A stretch of DNA of 64,000 bases from a virus, in IMG/VR virus record IMGVR_UViG_3300049218_000295, positions 32,001-96,000 of that record. The stretch is one strand, 5' to 3'. Within the stretch, counting starts at the first letter, position 1. The number at the start of each line of letters is the position of its first letter. Below, one piece after another: positions 45,527 through 55,271 of this stretch. Made by a program: the position numbers and the translations under genes. The notes below the pieces were generated by a model, which saw nothing but the letters and a program-made list of their open reading frames with translations, was not told where the DNA came from and searched no databases.

Positions 45527-46370
45527 TATCCTCGACTTCCCACGGAAGACTCTATCCCAGAAGCTCTGGGTTTATGACTCCCCCGAGGACTTGCCCCACC
45601 TGGACCCCCAGTTGCGTGACCTCATACTTTCCAAGGCCAAAGAAAGTCTATCTCACTTCAACGCGGACCTCTTAGGTTGTCTGCTCTATGGCGGTTCGGC
45701 ATCCTATCAGTGGACCGATGGGGCGGATGTCGATTGCTCTCTGTATATAGATTGGTCAAAGGTTAAACACTCCTTTGAGGAAATCGAGCCATACTTTAAA
45801 GAGATTGAAATCCCATTCCGGGGACATCCAGTCCATCTCTTTGTGAAACCACCGGACCAGAAGGACCAGTTCGAAGTTGCAGACGCCTACTATGATGTTC
45901 TCCACGATGAGTGGGTTCTACCCCCTTTAGTTCTACCAAAAGATTTCGACCCCGATGAGTACTTCAAGCCCCTAATCAAGGCCGCGCACAAGAAGGCCGA
46001 GAAAATTGACCTCAAAATAGGTGAGCTGCGGAGATCTTGGAAAGTCTTGGAGAAGGCCCATGACGCGTTGCCAGAAGCAAGGGACATGAAAGCCGTGCAG
46101 GAGCGTATCGAGATCGAGCGTAAAAAGGCCCTTGAAACGGCTAAGTGGCTGGCCGATGAATTCATTAAGGTCCGGGAAAAGCGGTATGCTTTACACGACA
46201 AGATCCGCGAGCAAATCAACCAGGGAAAAGACGTTGGTAGACTGGCTCGTTTCCAAGAACCCGAGGTGATTTGGAAGTATTTGGACCGGGCTGGCTATAA
46301 TGACTTCCTCTATAAGGTCCGCAAGGCTCTTGACTCCGGTGCTCTAGAAGCTATTCTCAAAGCATATTAG
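45501..46370 (+). CDS. Pol-beta superfamily nucleotidyltransferase
   Basis: GGSASYQWTDGADVD (GS...DxD) and YYDVLHDEW. Start GTG 45501 inferred from the promoter motif. Confidence 0.7.
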   Translation: MTRPKVLSSILDFPRKTLSQKLWVYDSPEDLPHLDPQLRDLILSKAKESLSHFNADLLGCLLYGGSASYQWTDGADVDCSLYIDWSKVKHSFEEIEPYFKEIEIPFRGHPVHLFVKPPDQKDQFEVADAYYDVLHDEWVLPPLVLPKDFDPDEYFKPLIKAAHKKAEKIDLKIGELRRSWKVLEKAHDALPEARDMKAVQERIEIERKKALETAKWLADEFIKVREKRYALHDKIREQINQGKDVGRLARFQEPEVIWKYLDRAGYNDFLYKVRKALDSGALEAILKAY

Positions 46371-46400
46371 TCGGACTTGCCATGTTTAAATTAAAGCCAT

Positions 46401-48566
46401 ATGGCTATCCAACCAGCACAAAATTGTCTCTTCCCTCAGGATTTGGACGCGGCTACTGCCGCGTTGCTCCAAGACCTTGGAGACCGGTTTAACTCCGCAA
46501 ACGCTGATATTCAGGCCATCAAGAATTCCGCTGCTGCACAAGCAATACCTTCCCTGCTTGAGCAAGGCAATCTCATCCTAAACCAGCTTCTACAACAAGG
46601 CGACGGTACGTCGGATCTCAAAACGACCACGGACCTCGAAACGCAATATGGACTTGAAGTAGCAAACGCTACCCCCTGTCAGCGAGAACAATTTCTATAT
46701 TACGCTGGCGTGCTCATGGTCGGTGGAGTCCTATTTGTGGATGGAAGTCTCTCACCAAATTCCGCCGATGCCGACAACATTGAAGTTCTGAGAACGATTT
46801 ACTACGCCTGCGGTAGAGACCTAACCCGGATGCGGAAGTTTCTTGCTTACCAGCGCCCGCTCATTTTCAACAATTCTTTCACCATCGCTCAAATCCCAGC
46901 GGCAGATGTTAATACTCCTTACACGGCAGCACAGATCCAACGCCTCTTGAACCTCTCCTATGTCCCTGACATTGCCTATAACCCCGACAATTCCGCAGTA
47001 GCGCTGGTCTCTCAATTTGTGGCCGAGAATCAGTCCTTATATCAAACTTCTCAGCAGACGGGTTTACCAATCGAGAATTTGGTTGTGGTCTACGTGCACT
47101 ATTTACAGGTGGACAACAGTCAGGCCAACATTAACAAATTGACCTCTTGGGGTTATTCGGGTGATACTTTAAACGCAATCCTTTCGGATACAAACTTAAT
47201 CGACCTTTCGGACGACCCAATCCAAGCGGATATTAAGAGTTCTCAGACCCTTGCAAGTAGTTTGGTAAACGCTATTGACTTTGTTACCCAACGTTTGAGC
47301 GTTCTCACTTACGTAGACTCTCAGAACATTATCAAGAACCTGCAGAATAAGCTTAACGCCATTATTACCGCCCACAATCAAACCATTGCTCAGTCAAAGT
47401 TTAGAGTAACGACTCAACTAGAAACTAATGCGTTCTCCCAACTGGACCAGTACCTGTCTGATGAAGATCTTATTTGCTTATTTGAGGTCCGGACTGAGGT
47501 CAAGGGAATTTGGTTTGGAGCTTCTGACCAGGATAAACTCAATGCTATCAACAGTCCGGCTACTCCCGGCAGCAGCTCCATTTCAAACCTCTATGTAAAT
47601 TCGCAACCAACACCTCCAATTGATCAAACAACGCTTTTGCAAATGGCTTCTTATCTGGTCCAAGCACAAAAGGGCATCAACACTTTCACCTATAACTCCT
47701 TACTCACTGCTCGCCAAGCCCTAGTTAACTTTGGGGCTTCGGACCCTATTCCAGCAACTTCGACCAACTCTACCCCCCTGCAGGGTGGAGTAACGATGTC
47801 CACCCCAGCGGATGGCATCATCCAAAATATGAACTTTAATGACTCCTTCGAAATTGACGCCAAACTGGGCGCAATAGACGCCGCACTTAGTACTCTTGGT
47901 AACTTCCTAGAGAGCACCATCGCCGGACCGCTCGCAAGCGTCATTAACATTTTGGTTGGAATTATCAAGGCCGCCTATGCTGCCTGTGACACTTTGGAGG
48001 CCTCACTTAGGGCTGCGATTCTGCCACTGAAACAACAAGTGGACTCATTCACAAGCAAGTACCTTACTTTGGTAGGCTCCGGAACCTTCAACAGTTCGTT
48101 ACTAAAATGCGCTATCAACTTCAACATCGGAGTCTCGGCTCCGATTTTAGATGATTTATTAGGCATTATTGACCAGCTTTCGCAGGCCATCCAAAATTTA
48201 ATTTCCCAATTTGCGAATTTGATTGACAAAATGCTGGAAAACATTTTGTGTTTGCCCATCAATCTACTCAATTCTTTCCTGGGTTCAGTGAGTGCCAATC
48301 TGCCGTCGGTCTGCCAAGCCCCGAAAGTCAATCTAGGTAATCCTCTTGAAACTGCGCTTACCAACCTCCGGAACGCTTCAATGTATCGCAACCAAGTTTA
48401 TTACAACTATTCCAGAGATTTGCTCACCTATCACGCGCTTGTAACCAATGCACCCGAAATTTTGCAGCAGTTCAACAGTTCTTCGGTTTGTAACACCAAA
48501 GGAACTAATCAATTCTACAACACGGCCATGCTGAACATCGGCGGCGGAATTAAGAGCCCCTTCTAA
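46401..48566 (+). CDS. putative virion structural protein (helical)
   Basis: 721 aa; first gene of the baseplate operon, with TTAAATT 8 nt upstream. Confidence 0.6.
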   Translation: MAIQPAQNCLFPQDLDAATAALLQDLGDRFNSANADIQAIKNSAAAQAIPSLLEQGNLILNQLLQQGDGTSDLKTTTDLETQYGLEVANATPCQREQFLYYAGVLMVGGVLFVDGSLSPNSADADNIEVLRTIYYACGRDLTRMRKFLAYQRPLIFNNSFTIAQIPAADVNTPYTAAQIQRLLNLSYVPDIAYNPDNSAVALVSQFVAENQSLYQTSQQTGLPIENLVVVYVHYLQVDNSQANINKLTSWGYSGDTLNAILSDTNLIDLSDDPIQADIKSSQTLASSLVNAIDFVTQRLSVLTYVDSQNIIKNLQNKLNAIITAHNQTIAQSKFRVTTQLETNAFSQLDQYLSDEDLICLFEVRTEVKGIWFGASDQDKLNAINSPATPGSSSISNLYVNSQPTPPIDQTTLLQMASYLVQAQKGINTFTYNSLLTARQALVNFGASDPIPATSTNSTPLQGGVTMSTPADGIIQNMNFNDSFEIDAKLGAIDAALSTLGNFLESTIAGPLASVINILVGIIKAAYAACDTLEASLRAAILPLKQQVDSFTSKYLTLVGSGTFNSSLLKCAINFNIGVSAPILDDLLGIIDQLSQAIQNLISQFANLIDKMLENILCLPINLLNSFLGSVSANLPSVCQAPKVNLGNPLETALTNLRNASMYRNQVYYNYSRDLLTYHALVTNAPEILQQFNSSSVCNTKGTNQFYNTAMLNIGGGIKSPF

Positions 48567-49183
48567 TGCCAAATTTTTCTGACGCCCAATTAGCTTTGAT
48601 TCAGGAGCAGATGCTACCAGCAGACGAGCTTCCTTCATACTTCGATGCGCAGACCGGACAAGAAGTGGTCATCAGTAGAGATTTTGAAGCTTACTTGATT
48701 CTGCAGACGCAACAGCAAAAGCAGGCCACACTTACCTGGATCAATCAGGCCCTAAATTTTCAAGAAGACCGCTTAGACCGAGACGCTATTCTGACTAGGT
48801 ACTTAGTTAACAGAAACACTGACGACGTAGCCCGACTAGCAGAAATCAACACGAGACTTATGAACTTTGATGCTTTCCGAGCTGGGTTGCTTCTCGGAAG
48901 CACAGGCGGTTCAAATGTCTCAATCGATTGGTCTGACGTCATCGAAATCGACCTGCTTGCACAATCTCTCCAAGCTCCTCTCGACGAGATTGTTTTGCTA
49001 TATGATTTGACGTTTAATGAGCAGAACATGGTTGCAGTACTACAGCAGAGAATGTCGAACACATCTTACACACAAGCTGAAAAAGAAGAACTTCAATCCT
49101 GGCAGACGGTCATTTCTGACTATCAAGGGCAGAGTTCTGGCAGCCCTGCTCCTTCTACTCAGATTGGGGGTCCTACTACATGA
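48566..49183 (+). CDS. putative virion protein
   Basis: Coupled ORF in the baseplate operon. Confidence 0.6.
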   Translation: MPNFSDAQLALIQEQMLPADELPSYFDAQTGQEVVISRDFEAYLILQTQQQKQATLTWINQALNFQEDRLDRDAILTRYLVNRNTDDVARLAEINTRLMNFDAFRAGLLLGSTGGSNVSIDWSDVIEIDLLAQSLQAPLDEIVLLYDLTFNEQNMVAVLQQRMSNTSYTQAEKEELQSWQTVISDYQGQSSGSPAPSTQIGGPTT

Positions 49184-49614
49184 AGACTTTGCAAGTGGCA
49201 AACGGTGACCTTTACGTCGATGAGGCCATTGGAGACTTAGTTTATATCGAAGGTCTTAGCAAGGGCAATCAGGATGTAGCACGTCATTTGCTTTGTGCTT
49301 TGAACACATATTTCAATGAGGGCGATGAACTTTTGAATCTCTTATTTGATGGCGGAGCGGAGTTTTCAGATGCTCTCGCCTCGCAATATATTTACGAGTG
49401 CATCAATAGACTCATTGTCAAGCAACGCAATTCGGGTGCGGACCAAATGGTTCTGAAGGTACAACAAGTTCTGACACGTACAATCGGGCTTTCTACGCTA
49501 GTATTTTTAGTGGAGTGCCTATTCAACGATGGTTCTACCATCGCCGTGGTGGACACAATAACGCAAACCCCTGTAGCGCTAAACCAAATGCTACCGTCGG
49601 GATACGGGCAGTGA
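49180..49614 (+). CDS. gp25/GPW-like baseplate wedge protein
   Basis: MKTLQVANGDL...LVYIEGLSK..QD; size and position before baseplate J. Confidence 0.65.
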   Translation: MKTLQVANGDLYVDEAIGDLVYIEGLSKGNQDVARHLLCALNTYFNEGDELLNLLFDGGAEFSDALASQYIYECINRLIVKQRNSGADQMVLKVQQVLTRTIGLSTLVFLVECLFNDGSTIAVVDTITQTPVALNQMLPSGYGQ

Positions 49615-49621
49615 GGATATA

Positions 49622-51022
49622 ATGGCTAGGACCCCAGATCAAGTAGCGGCAGACCTCGCAAGTAGTATTAATACCACAGACCCAACTCTGGACACTACCC
49701 AGGGTCCTATTCCCGATGTAATGATTCGTCCACAGGCAAATCAAATTTCAATCGTTGAACAAGAAGCCGTTGATGTTCGAACTCTCTTTACTCTTCAGTT
49801 CCCCACGGTTGCCACTACTGATGAAATTCAGCAGGCACTTCTTAACTATGGCTGTGTTCCTGGCGGCGGTTCTTATGCCACAGTCCTCCAATATTTCATG
49901 CGCTATAGCGTCCCAACCACCGACATCACTATTAGCGCCGGTACGTTAGTGTCAAACAACGATGGTACTTTGGTTTACCAGGTTTTGAACCCCGGAACCA
50001 TTTCCGCTGAGAACGTCAACGCTTATTACAACCCAACCCGCAACACCTACGAAATAGCCCTTTTGGTCCAGGCAGTTGGAACGGGCACGGCCTATAACCT
50101 TCCACAATATCGGATCAACACTCTAGCGACCACAGTAGTGGGCATCGATGGGACTGAAAACCGCTCCCAGGCCTCAGGGGGTGAACCGTCAGAATCCACT
50201 GATTCTCAATCGGCCCGTCTGGTTACAGCTCTGCAGGGGACCAACCTAGGTGCTCCGGGAGGGATTTCCAAGCAGATTTTGAACACTTTGGCCAACGAGG
50301 TCACAGACGTCAGCATTATTCAGCCCTCCCAACCGGAATTCGCAAGAATTACTGCCGGTCCGGCTCTTGACGTTTATGTCATAGGACAAACTAATGCAAC
50401 TATCACCGAAACTACCGTTGGCATCGGTGGGCAAACCATTATCACCGTCTCAAACCATCCTGTGGTCCAGGTGGACAGTCTCACAATCAATAATACCAGC
50501 GTTTCGACCTACACATTGGTTCCTGATACAAGCCCGGAAACAGGTTATTCTCTCGATGCCAACGATGTTATTGTGCTCGCATCACCACTTCTGGCAGGAG
50601 ACAATATTGTTATCACATACGAGTACAATAAAGTTCCTTCGGATGTTTACACCCAAGTTCTGAACAGCGGGGAGGGATATTTTTTCAATACGGATATGCT
50701 TGTTCGCTCCCCATTCCCGGTCTATCCAGTAATTACCGGCACCATCCAAATCCTACCATCTTACTCTACCACAACGGTTCAAAACAATGTTATTGCCTAT
50801 CTAACTTCGCTCTTAACTTTCACCACTTTCAGCACCGACCAGGTATTGCCATCCATCGTGGTTCAAAACACTATCAGCAATGTTCCTGGAATCCAAACCT
50901 TCACCCTTTCGGTTTTTCATCGAAACGTTGGTGCGCTTTCGGATGTAGAAGCAATCATTCTCGCAGCAAACGAGACTCTTAGCTATAACCCGACCTATAT
51001 CAATATTACGGTGGTTTCGTGA
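49622..51022 (+). CDS. baseplate J-like (gp6) protein
   Basis: GPIPDVMIRP, DITISAGTLV, A.GTG.AYN, ASGGEPSES...RL, ALDVYVIG. Confidence 0.85.
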   Translation: MARTPDQVAADLASSINTTDPTLDTTQGPIPDVMIRPQANQISIVEQEAVDVRTLFTLQFPTVATTDEIQQALLNYGCVPGGGSYATVLQYFMRYSVPTTDITISAGTLVSNNDGTLVYQVLNPGTISAENVNAYYNPTRNTYEIALLVQAVGTGTAYNLPQYRINTLATTVVGIDGTENRSQASGGEPSESTDSQSARLVTALQGTNLGAPGGISKQILNTLANEVTDVSIIQPSQPEFARITAGPALDVYVIGQTNATITETTVGIGGQTIITVSNHPVVQVDSLTINNTSVSTYTLVPDTSPETGYSLDANDVIVLASPLLAGDNIVITYEYNKVPSDVYTQVLNSGEGYFFNTDMLVRSPFPVYPVITGTIQILPSYSTTTVQNNVIAYLTSLLTFTTFSTDQVLPSIVVQNTISNVPGIQTFTLSVFHRNVGALSDVEAIILAANETLSYNPTYINITVVS

Positions 51023-52641
51023 TCACACTTTCTCTAAATCCCAGCGTTTATGCTGAGGTCTTAGATAGCATGCAAAATGACTCGGTTTGGGGTGCCCCTC
51101 AGGGGAATTTCTATCTCCTGCAGGGTAATGCCGTTCCTTATTCGCCAAAGCCTACGGTCATTAATATCGTTACCGACCAAATCAACGAGCCTATTGTTGT
51201 CTCGATTTTTCAAGCGGGTCCTGCCGCTGTAGGGGTAGACCCGAGAAACAATTCTACAAATGTTACTATCGTCCCTGCTTCCGCCAATTCTAGTTTTTCT
51301 GTTCAACTTGGTCGCGGTGCTAACCTAATTCAAGCTTCAGCTCTCAACGACCCGAGCGATGTTGGGTATTTGATTGTTAATGCTACCACGATTTGGGGTT
51401 TATGGGAAGCTTATGCCCGCGTTCTCTATAATGGAGCCAATTCCATTATTGACGAGCAGAATCAAGCTATTTCGTCTCCTCTTGCGACCCGATTGATTGA
51501 GCCTTTTATTTCTTTTCAGGACATGCTGCCGGACATTCAGTCTTTGCAAATCATGGCAACACGTTTTGTGGCCCGTGGTTTTGTCAGCAGCCCTGGAACC
51601 GTTGCCGGAGTCAATGACCTTCTCCAAGCTTTGACACTCAGCACTCCCGTCTATCATCCGATGGATAAAGATACCTATGACTTGTATCCTGCTTTAGACC
51701 CTTGGACCAAATGTGCGTCTCAATATGGCGGGCAGGAAGCACATGTCTGGATGCCCAACGTTGGTGTCATGGGTTGGCTAGCCTTTTTGGGGTTCATTAA
51801 TAACCAGCCCGACCTTTACGATGTTCTTAAAGTTAATGAATACCAGGTCGCCTTCGATTATCAAGGCATTCAGCAGAGCCACATGTTCAATTTTGACCTC
51901 TTTGGGACCAATTTTCTCACCACATTGGCTAGGTCTCAATGCTTTAAGTCCATTCAGGTCTCAATGACCATGACTTCGAGACTAGTACTGGCTCTGTGTG
52001 CGGCATCTTACACCTTTGATTTATTTATAACCAACTTGACTCCCATTGGTCGAGATCGCGTAAGCTTCGATTTGGGCATTCCTTTTGACTCGGGGCTGAA
52101 TTTTGACTCGGACCCTGTAGACCCTTTTTCGGATGGCTGGGTCGGACTTTCTCTTTCGGGAAGATTTGAACAAGACGCAAACAAACCCCACACTCTTGAT
52201 ACGTTTGTTATGCCTTCGGCCTCCTATACTGGGGCACCATGCGGCTATCCTTCTTACTATACCCAAATGTTGGCCAACAACAAGTACGATGTTTGGATCA
52301 ACTACGAGGAAGACGTAACCTCAGGTGGCCTAGTCTACACTTGGGTCCTCTTTACTTTGCAAAGTCCTGACCTCACTCTTTGGGATATTAGTGTCGACAC
52401 CTCTGGACAAATTGTCGCAACAGCCGGTTCATCAAGAAATCCTGACAACTTTATGGTAACCGAGCCCAATCTCACACAAGTTGGGTTCGAAATTGATAAC
52501 AATGGGCAAATTCAAACTGTATCCCCGCCGCCTGCCGGAGCTACCCAAAACAACGCCATCGTCCTTATTGACGACGTCGATTACACTTTCTGGCTACTCA
52601 CGGTCGACAACAATGGGGAAATCGTAACAGTCCAACAATGA
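51019..52641 (+). CDS. baseplate wedge / tail protein
   Basis: Follows baseplate J; PGTVAGVNDLL motif as in P2 gpI-like proteins. Confidence 0.55.
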   Translation: MITLSLNPSVYAEVLDSMQNDSVWGAPQGNFYLLQGNAVPYSPKPTVINIVTDQINEPIVVSIFQAGPAAVGVDPRNNSTNVTIVPASANSSFSVQLGRGANLIQASALNDPSDVGYLIVNATTIWGLWEAYARVLYNGANSIIDEQNQAISSPLATRLIEPFISFQDMLPDIQSLQIMATRFVARGFVSSPGTVAGVNDLLQALTLSTPVYHPMDKDTYDLYPALDPWTKCASQYGGQEAHVWMPNVGVMGWLAFLGFINNQPDLYDVLKVNEYQVAFDYQGIQQSHMFNFDLFGTNFLTTLARSQCFKSIQVSMTMTSRLVLALCAASYTFDLFITNLTPIGRDRVSFDLGIPFDSGLNFDSDPVDPFSDGWVGLSLSGRFEQDANKPHTLDTFVMPSASYTGAPCGYPSYYTQMLANNKYDVWINYEEDVTSGGLVYTWVLFTLQSPDLTLWDISVDTSGQIVATAGSSRNPDNFMVTEPNLTQVGFEIDNNGQIQTVSPPPAGATQNNAIVLIDDVDYTFWLLTVDNNGEIVTVQQ

Positions 52642-52651
52642 GGCAATACTT

Positions 52652-53326
52652 ATGACTACACACACGCACCTTACATACCAAGAAGAAGGCGTCCAGGAAT
52701 CCGGAGTACAGCAAGTTGCATCCGACCCTATAAGCCCCACAGGCGGACAACTCTGGATTAATACTACCACAAACGAGCTGAAGACCTACGACGGAAGCGC
52801 TATTGTTCGCATTGGAGCGGGCGTAACCGGATTGCAGGGCGACACTGGCGTTATAGGCCCAACCGGAGCCTACGGGGGACCCCAAGGTGTAACTGGAATT
52901 CAAGGTGTTACCGGCTATGCTGGAACTACAGGACTACAAGGTCCCCAGGGCAATACAGGAGTCATGGGAACAACTGGGTATGAGGGAGTCCAAGGAGTTA
53001 CAGGTATTTCTGGTGTCTCGTCCGAGTATGAAGTTGGGGACGGCGGAGCCACCTACACCATCAACTGGACCAACGGCGCTTCACAGGCAATTATTCTCAA
53101 TGACAACCTGACTTTGACTCTTACTAACCCTTTTGTGGGTGGAGCTTACATTCTACGTTTAGTTCAAACCACTGGTGGACAGACAGTGACCTGGCCTTCA
53201 AGCGTGATTTGGCCAGGAGGTGCTACCCCAGTTTTGTCTACAGGGGCCGGTCTCACTGATATGGTCAGTTTGTACTTTGATGGCACCTATTACTATGGGA
53301 CTTATGCCCTTGGATACCCGACATGA
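52652..53326 (+). CDS. short collagen-like fibre with tail-tip domain
   Basis: P.SPT.GQLWINTT, GxT collagen repeats, TVTWPSSVIWPGGATP. Confidence 0.8.
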   Translation: MTTHTHLTYQEEGVQESGVQQVASDPISPTGGQLWINTTTNELKTYDGSAIVRIGAGVTGLQGDTGVIGPTGAYGGPQGVTGIQGVTGYAGTTGLQGPQGNTGVMGTTGYEGVQGVTGISGVSSEYEVGDGGATYTINWTNGASQAIILNDNLTLTLTNPFVGGAYILRLVQTTGGQTVTWPSSVIWPGGATPVLSTGAGLTDMVSLYFDGTYYYGTYALGYPT

Positions 53327-54294
53327 GTTATTACTTCAAGGTCATCAACTCCGACTTTACTTGGCCTTTTGGGAGCCACGGACCCTTGGTGGTGAATAGT
53401 GGAGCACTTGTTACTTTAGAGGCCAATCAGGTCTACGATTTTTCTTCTATCACCATCGAGAATGGTGGCATCCTTCAATTCACTCAGTCACAAGGCGGTT
53501 GGACCATTCTTGGATGCGCGGGTGATGCGATTATTAATGGCACCATCCAAGCCATCAATGGTGGCCACAATTCCGGGAACTTTACTGCTTATGCTCCCGC
53601 TTCCAATGGCAACTCCGCCGGTGAAGAACTGACATATTCAATCGTCCAATCAACCGGTGGTTCCGGTGGTGGTAGTGACGTTACAGGCGGCTACATTGGT
53701 GGAACAGACCCCGGACCCTACGGTAATGGTGGTGGCGGAGGGGGGTTTGGAGCCGGAGTTAATGGGTCAATCGGCAAAGGCGGCGACGGCTCGATTAACA
53801 CCGAACAACAAGCAGGCGGGCTCGGGGCGTTGGTCTTCTTTCAAAATGGTACCAATGGTCCAGCCTCAAGTTATCAAAACACAGGAATGGCTCCTTATGG
53901 TGGGGGCGGTGGTGGGGGTTCTCGCGGTTTGCACGGCACGGGCCTTTATCTGCGAGCACAGGGTAGCATTTTGGGCAGCGGCACCATAACAGTTGCTGGA
54001 CAAAACGGTGGTAAAGGCGGCAATGGTGGCTCGGCTACCGATAGCGCCGGTAGCGGACAAGCTTTCTATAGTGGTGGCGGCGGTGGTGGCGGTGCGGGAG
54101 GTTCGGGTGGTTCAATCGTACTGCGTTATAAAGGAACTTTTTCGAACACTCTTACCCTTGGCGCTGCCGAAGGAATGGGTGGTTCCGGTGGTGCGGCTGG
54201 GTCTGTAACCGGGACTGGCGGAAGTATTGGGGTCCCAGGGTCCACCGGACAAAACGGTTCAACAGGTTCAATCAACTATGAGCAAATCAGCTAA
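53323..54294 (+). CDS. glycine-rich adhesin / receptor-binding protein
   Basis: Polyglycine motifs GGGGGGGAGGSGG. Confidence 0.7.
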   Translation: MSYYFKVINSDFTWPFGSHGPLVVNSGALVTLEANQVYDFSSITIENGGILQFTQSQGGWTILGCAGDAIINGTIQAINGGHNSGNFTAYAPASNGNSAGEELTYSIVQSTGGSGGGSDVTGGYIGGTDPGPYGNGGGGGGFGAGVNGSIGKGGDGSINTEQQAGGLGALVFFQNGTNGPASSYQNTGMAPYGGGGGGGSRGLHGTGLYLRAQGSILGSGTITVAGQNGGKGGNGGSATDSAGSGQAFYSGGGGGGGAGGSGGSIVLRYKGTFSNTLTLGAAEGMGGSGGAAGSVTGTGGSIGVPGSTGQNGSTGSINYEQIS

Positions 54295-54320
54295 GCTCCA
54301 CCACCTTATTTTGGTCTAGT

Positions 54321-54533
54321 ATGGAATATTACTACCTTGGTCTAGAAGCTCGTGTGGCGCATAACAAATTTTCCGACCTCAACTTGGCTACCAATGCCGC
54401 TGCACACTGTGCTCGAACAAACCTCATCCCCGTGCGTATCTTTAAGATGCTCCCAAGCAACATCTCGGAGCTAGTAAAGATTGTTGACCCGAGTGATTCG
54501 GCTCCGGAACCAAAACGGGTTAAAGCACTTTAA
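54321..54533 (+). CDS. hypothetical protein
   Basis: 70 aa, with TTATTTT 8 nt upstream. Confidence 0.55.
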   Translation: MEYYYLGLEARVAHNKFSDLNLATNAAAHCARTNLIPVRIFKMLPSNISELVKIVDPSDSAPEPKRVKAL

Positions 54534-54541
54534 GGGGTACT

Positions 54542-54973
54542 ATGGCTCAGTCAGTAATTGCCACTATCACAGATATCGCCCGAACCAAGTTCGCGGGTAT
54601 GCTCTCGACGGGACAAGCGTTCACTATCACAGATTTCGTCACGGGCTCTGGCGGGCATGACCCCAGCGACCCTGCAGTAGCTTTAACCCCCGACCCTTCG
54701 GACACGACTTTGCCTGACCAAAGCTTTGGGCCAGTTCCGATTACTTCAGCCACACTAATTACGCCTTTTTGCGTGCAGTATCAGGCAGACCAGTCGCCAA
54801 CGGACGCCGTTGGCGAACTATCAAACATTGGGTTAATCGCCACCGTAACTTACAGCCCAATTCCAGATGACCCAACAGTGGGAACGACATTTCTGTTCGC
54901 CGTAGCCAATTTCCCTTTACAAATTAAGACAGATAGCCAGGGCAATACTTTCCTGATCCAAGTATCTTTTTAA
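54542..54973 (+). CDS. baseplate/tail-fibre attachment protein (tail-collar-fibre N-terminal-like)
   Basis: ITD.AR...ITDFVTGSGG...ELSNIGL...LFAVANFP..IK. Confidence 0.65.
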   Translation: MAQSVIATITDIARTKFAGMLSTGQAFTITDFVTGSGGHDPSDPAVALTPDPSDTTLPDQSFGPVPITSATLITPFCVQYQADQSPTDAVGELSNIGLIATVTYSPIPDDPTVGTTFLFAVANFPLQIKTDSQGNTFLIQVSF

Positions 54974-55176
54974 GTAAATTTAGCCCAACTATCACTTTCC
55001 GCATCCCAGTGCCAACCGAGCGCGTCGAGAAGCTTCCTGTCTTCCTCGGAAATTTTGTTCCAAAGAGTCTTGCTGCTACCTGCGTAAATTATGTCATGTT
55101 GGGCATCAGCTTCGCTCTCCGCATCATATTTCAGTAGTAGAGCCAGACCCGCTATCACTTTAGCTACTTTCGCCAT
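54970..55176 (-). CDS. small phage protein on the opposite strand inside the tail operon
   Basis: MAKVAKVIAGL...AQHDIIY...LGWHWDAESDSWAKFT from ATG 55176. Confidence 0.65.
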   Translation of the reverse strand: MAKVAKVIAGLALLLKYDAESEADAQHDIIYAGSSKTLWNKISEEDRKLLDALGWHWDAESDSWAKFT

Positions 55177-55271
55177 GTTGCACCCCGTAATGCCTTTTAG
55201 AGGTTCTCGGCGGCGCTGACCACAGTTACCTTTATGTAGTAGGAAAACCATACACAAAGTCTAGGTGAAGA

